Assembly (NCBI RefSeq): GCF_902713615.1
Contig: NC_052165.1
Location: 71,129,480 to 71,193,479, forward strand
Length of the DNA: 64,000 nt
Source: Scyliorhinus canicula
Lineage: Eukaryota
Direction of reading: 5' to 3'
The notes under the pieces were generated by a model, which had not been told where the DNA came from, searched no databases, and saw only the letters and a program-made list of their open reading frames with translations. Shown in pieces: positions 60,022 to 64,000 of this stretch (positions are counted from its first letter, which is position 1; each line of letters begins with the position of its first letter). Both the position numbers and the translations under genes were made by a program.

Positions 60022-61079
60022 TATATAAACTTTGACATGGAGCAGGCCCAACAGGATGCCCGGGCAGCAGGATTCTCCGTGATTGCCGGGGTGCCCCATA
60101 TCCAAGGGGCACACACATTACCCTGCGCACATTGGCCAGTCTGGGATTGCCCTATATTAACAGGAAGGTGTTCCACTCCCTGAATATCCAGCTTGTGTGT
60201 GACCACCATCTGAAGAACATGCACATGTGTGCGCGGTAGCTACATCCCCGCTAGGCTGTCACTGAGCGGTGCAGCAGTGTCCTCAAAATACGGTTCTGAT
60301 GCCTCTACTACTCTGGTGGTACCCTGCAGTACACCACCCAGGGGGTTGCCCGCTTTGTGGTGGTCTGCTGTGCCATCCACAACCTGGTACAGTAGCTGGT
60401 GGAGAGGGAGGCTACATCTGAGGAGGATGAGGAGGCACCCAACTAGGGGCTGGAGGGCGAGCCCGGGGAGGACCCCTAGGACCAGCTGGAGGATGGAGGG
60501 CGCGTGGCAGAAGCGAGGGTCCGGATAACCCGGTGATCCAGGGAGGCCCTCAACCTCAGTTCACTTTGCATAGGGGACGTGGCTTCATCCGTCATTGCAC
60601 CCCCTCACATCCCTCTCCCTTTCCGCTCTCCCCCTTCACAGTCGAACCTGTCTCAATCCTCAGTCTGACTGGTTTTAGGAATGGGCTGTGCCTGGGTGTA
60701 GACAGGGATGGGGGGGTTGCGGGGAGGGCAGGCACCTGGAGGATGGGGTGGGGCAGGACCCCATGGCACATGAATGGCCAACCTGGTGTCACCCTCAGAG
60801 AGAGGTAGCAGGGCAAATGGCCAGAAGTGTGAGCCTGCCTTATCCAGTGAGTGAGGCCTAACCATTCACCATCTGACCATCACCTCCTCCCCTATCTCCC
60901 AAAAATATATATGAGCACATGTGATGGGTTGGCCAGCAAACATGCAGTTATCACCCAGGCACATAGTGGAAGGTGGTGCTAAAGGCAGGAGTCATGATCA
61001 TCCCCCATCCCGTGGACAAGACCCGCTGATACTGCCAACTCTGGGATAACACCTTGCGGTGATGCCTGTAGGACCCCCG

Positions 61080-61350
61080 GAGGGGGGGGGGGAGGGAGAG
61101 CTGGGGTGGTGGGATGGAGTAAAGGGCTGAGGGACTCAGAGAGTAGAGTGAAGGGAGGAGGGATGAGGAAGGTAGAGTGAAGGAAGGAGAGACAGGGAAG
61201 ATGGAGTGGAGGGAGGAGGGACGGGGAAGGTGAATTGAAGGGAGGAGGGACAGGGAAGGTGGAATTAAGGGAGGAAGAACAGGGGTGGAGTAGTGAAGGG
61301 AGGAGGTACAAGGATAGTGGAGTGACGGGCCGAGGGACAGGGAAGGGGTG
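61080..61350. repeat. Purine-rich low-complexity tract
   Basis: gaagggaggagg-type iterations. Confidence 0.8.
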
Positions 61351-61439
61351 AGCTGTTATGGAGAAAGGTGTTCCATTTTGAGGGAATGGAGAGGTGGGAC
61401 AGGTCGGTGGAGCTGCAGGTGGCGAGGTCTCTGAGTCGG

Positions 61440-61830
61440 CAACTTGGGAGTTGATGAGGTTGTCCCATGCGTGGTAGCTCTGAATGTCATGATGCGCAGC
61501 CTGCCCTACCAGCCCAAGACCTACCTACCAAGACCGGATTGCCTTGGACACCTTCCTCATCCTCCTCGTCAAATGAAGCCTGTCATTCTTCTTCTTCCTC
61601 CAGCACATTGCCCCACTCGTGCATGGTGCTTTGAAGGACGCAGCAGGCAGCATGATGTCAAGACCTCCTGGGCTATATTGGAGAGCCCAACCGGAACGGT
61701 GCGGTGATCAGAAGCACATCTTGACACATCAGGCAGTGAACCCCTTCCTAGCGATGAAGGGCAGTCCCTGATAAATCGGTGATCATAGCGGGATATGCAT
61801 GCAATCCATCACCCCCTGGACCTGGGGCAT
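61440..61830 (-). mobile_element. Harbinger transposase fragment
   Basis: Minus strand IARKGFT (NRKGFH-like) and KMCF*SPHRSGWALQYSP (KMRFRCLDRSGGALQYSP-like). Confidence 0.7.
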
Positions 61831-62648
61831 GGCAGAGATGGCAGTCTTACAGGTTAGCCAAAGTCTTTAGCGACACAGGTGGTCAGACATCTCCTCGAAG
61901 GACAGGCGGCAACAGTATGTACGTGGTCTGTTGCGGCGCCTCCTTTGCACCTCCTCCTCGGCCTATTGAACGGCTGTCACTTGAGCCTCACCGGCTGGCC
62001 CCTGCTCTTCTGATGCAGGCTCCTCTTGTGTAGGGTCCTCCCTCAGCTTGCCCTGCTCCTACAGCCTCTGTGCGTCCGCAATGGCAGCTGCAACCAGGTA
62101 GATAGCGAGCATTGCTGGCTGTACTCTGAAATCCATTCTCTGGGGGGGGGGGGGGGGGGGGAATGTTAGCAAGGTGAGTATACCCTTGCCCATCCAAAGC
62201 CACCAGGTTACATGGTCACCCTGAGCTGCACTGCTGCGTCACCCTCGGCCACATTCTCCCCAATCCGATCCCCACCCCTTACTTGGCCCCTTTGATACAT
62301 TGTTGTCTGCACTGCACCCCTGTCCCCATCAGTGAGTGGCATTGGACCTGCGATGTGTGGAGCCTTTATCTTCACCACCCATCCTGTTGGGGTACCAATT
62401 GCTGTCGCAACCCTGTCAGTACAAGGCTCTGATGTCCCTCTCCTGTTTCCTCCTGTGGGGTCTACTGTGGGGTCTCCTCACTGGGTGGGCTGTGTGCTAT
62501 CCCAACAGCATGGTGGCAACTAGTTATGTGGTGGAGGAGATCACCATGTGCCACCAATCACCTCCAGGCTTAGAGGCTTGTGTGTTGGAAGGTCCAACAA
62601 ATGGGGGTGAGCGAGGGAAATGTGCGTCTGCTGGAAGATTAGTTGCAG

Positions 62649-64000
62649 TGTGATGTACCCTCAATTATACACGAGAGAGTGTACTCGTAAAACGAAGGCT
62701 TTAATAAACAGAGAACTTCGCCAGCCAGAGCTCACTGAGCGCCGCCCACAGGACATCACCTTATATCCGGAACCCTGGGAGGTACAGTCAGAGGCGGAGT
62801 CCCCCAGGGTTCCAAACCCAGTCTTAAAGGGACATTACATGCATGATCTAAAAGACACATTAACCATTCATCACATTCACCCCCTGTTTAAGAAAAACAC
62901 AGAGTCCGTCGGGGATGAAGTGGGATTACATGTCCATTCTCTTTGGAGGCTTGATCGTCCTTTTCGACCTTCTCAGCTCGGGTGGTGGGGCGGCGGACAC
63001 GCACGTCTTCGATGAGGGTACATCGGGAGCGCGGTGGTTGGAGCTTCTGTGCGGTGCGGGGTAGGGGGTTGTGAAGTAGGGAGGGTAGCTGGGGGTGGCG
63101 TTTGGGGAGTAGGGAGGGTAGTTGGGGGTGGCGGTGACATCGCCGGCGTGGAGGAAGGAGGAGGAGGCGCGAGCGGGGGCGCGGTTGGTTGAGACAGGCG
63201 GTGTGGGGGTGGCGAGGGGGGAGCATCAGTAGGGGAACCAGCGGGTGCCAGATCCCGCAGGGAAACCGTATCTTGCCGTCCGTCCGACCAGAGGGTCCAT
63301 CTTATGGCTCCTCACATACCTCCGGTGAAGGACAGGTCCCGGAGTCGTCAACCAAGGTGGAAGCGAGACCCCGGAGGTGGACTTCCTGGGGAAGACAAAC
63401 AAGCGATTGTGACGGGTCTCGTTCGTGGCCTTGCAGAGGAGCGACCTGATGGAATGGTGCGTCGGGTAGGACCTCCTGCCAGCGGGTGGTTGGGAGACTT
63501 CTCGACTGTAGGGCCAAAAGGACAACCTTCCAAACTGTCGCGTTCTCCCTCTCCACCCGCCCGTTTCCCCGCGGGTTGTAGCTGGTCGTTCTGCTTGAGG
63601 CAATGCCCTTGCTGAGCAGGTACTCGTAGCTCATGAACAATGTACCCCGGTCGCTGTGAATATAAGCGGGGAAACCGAACAGGGTGAAGATGCCGTGCAT
63701 GGCCTTTATAATGGTGGCCGAGGTCATGTCGGGGCAGGGGACAGCGAATGGGAAGCGGGAGAAGCCGTCGATGATGGTTAAAAAATAGGTATTGCGGTTG
63801 GTGGATGGAAGGGGCCCTTTGAAGTCCAAGCTTAGTCGCTCAAAGGGCCCAGAGGTCTTTACCTTGGCTGGTCGATAGAAGTGCTGTTTTCACTCCGCGC
63901 AGATTTGCAAAGCCTTGGTCATGGCCCCGACCTTCTCGGTGGAGAAAGGTAGGTTGCGGGACTTAAGAAAATGGGCGAGCTGGGTGATCCCCGGGTGACA
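62649..64000 (-). mobile_element. Gypsy/Ty3 3' end (integrase, PPT, 3' LTR 62649-62875); continues off the right edge
   Basis: DFKGPLP, IIDGFSRFPFA, IHSDRG, YNPRGNGRVERENAT; LTR ends tgtgatg/catcaca next to a PPT. Confidence 0.92.

Larger units (their letters stand above)
58078..60560 (+). mobile_element. Decayed PIF/Harbinger DDE transposase region
   Basis: RRLCLNKGTV, LPVAVRVTTALNLYASG, IAGVPHIQGA, INRKVFHSLNIQLVCDH, CCAIHNL; frameshifted. Confidence 0.8.

Noticed and set aside
59370-60560. Domesticated HARBI1-like host gene
   Set aside because: Multiple frameshifts, stops, deletions and a nested insertion; a decayed transposon

Overview
Eukaryotic, repeat-dense vertebrate DNA, most likely a shark or other cartilaginous fish (inferred from HE1/V-SINE, DeuSINE, CR1, L1, Gypsy, Penelope and PIF/Harbinger repeats). 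No intact host protein-coding gene is evident; recognisable ORFs in the track are transposon fragments and the rest look like chance or antisense frames. Elements seen: the 5' end of a CR1 LINE (ORF1 with zinc finger, coiled coil and SGNH esterase, plus a 131-bp tandem array in its 5' UTR), a full-length but disrupted L1 with target-site duplication, several Gypsy remnants, many Harbinger MITEs with decayed transposase and Myb/SANT genes, and numerous SINEs. Two signals lie outside the ORF track. (1) A heavily decayed, intron-retaining BRINP-family (MACPF) pseudogene on the + strand, with an exon remnant at ~3172 and a terminal-exon remnant at ~32890-33510, recognised by eye from colinear motifs and not yet verified by alignment. 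(2) Four short Penelope-type insertions with 12-13 bp TSDs carrying minimal hammerhead ribozyme cores, three arranged as inverted pairs. All family calls rest on recognition without database searches; many boundaries are approximate.
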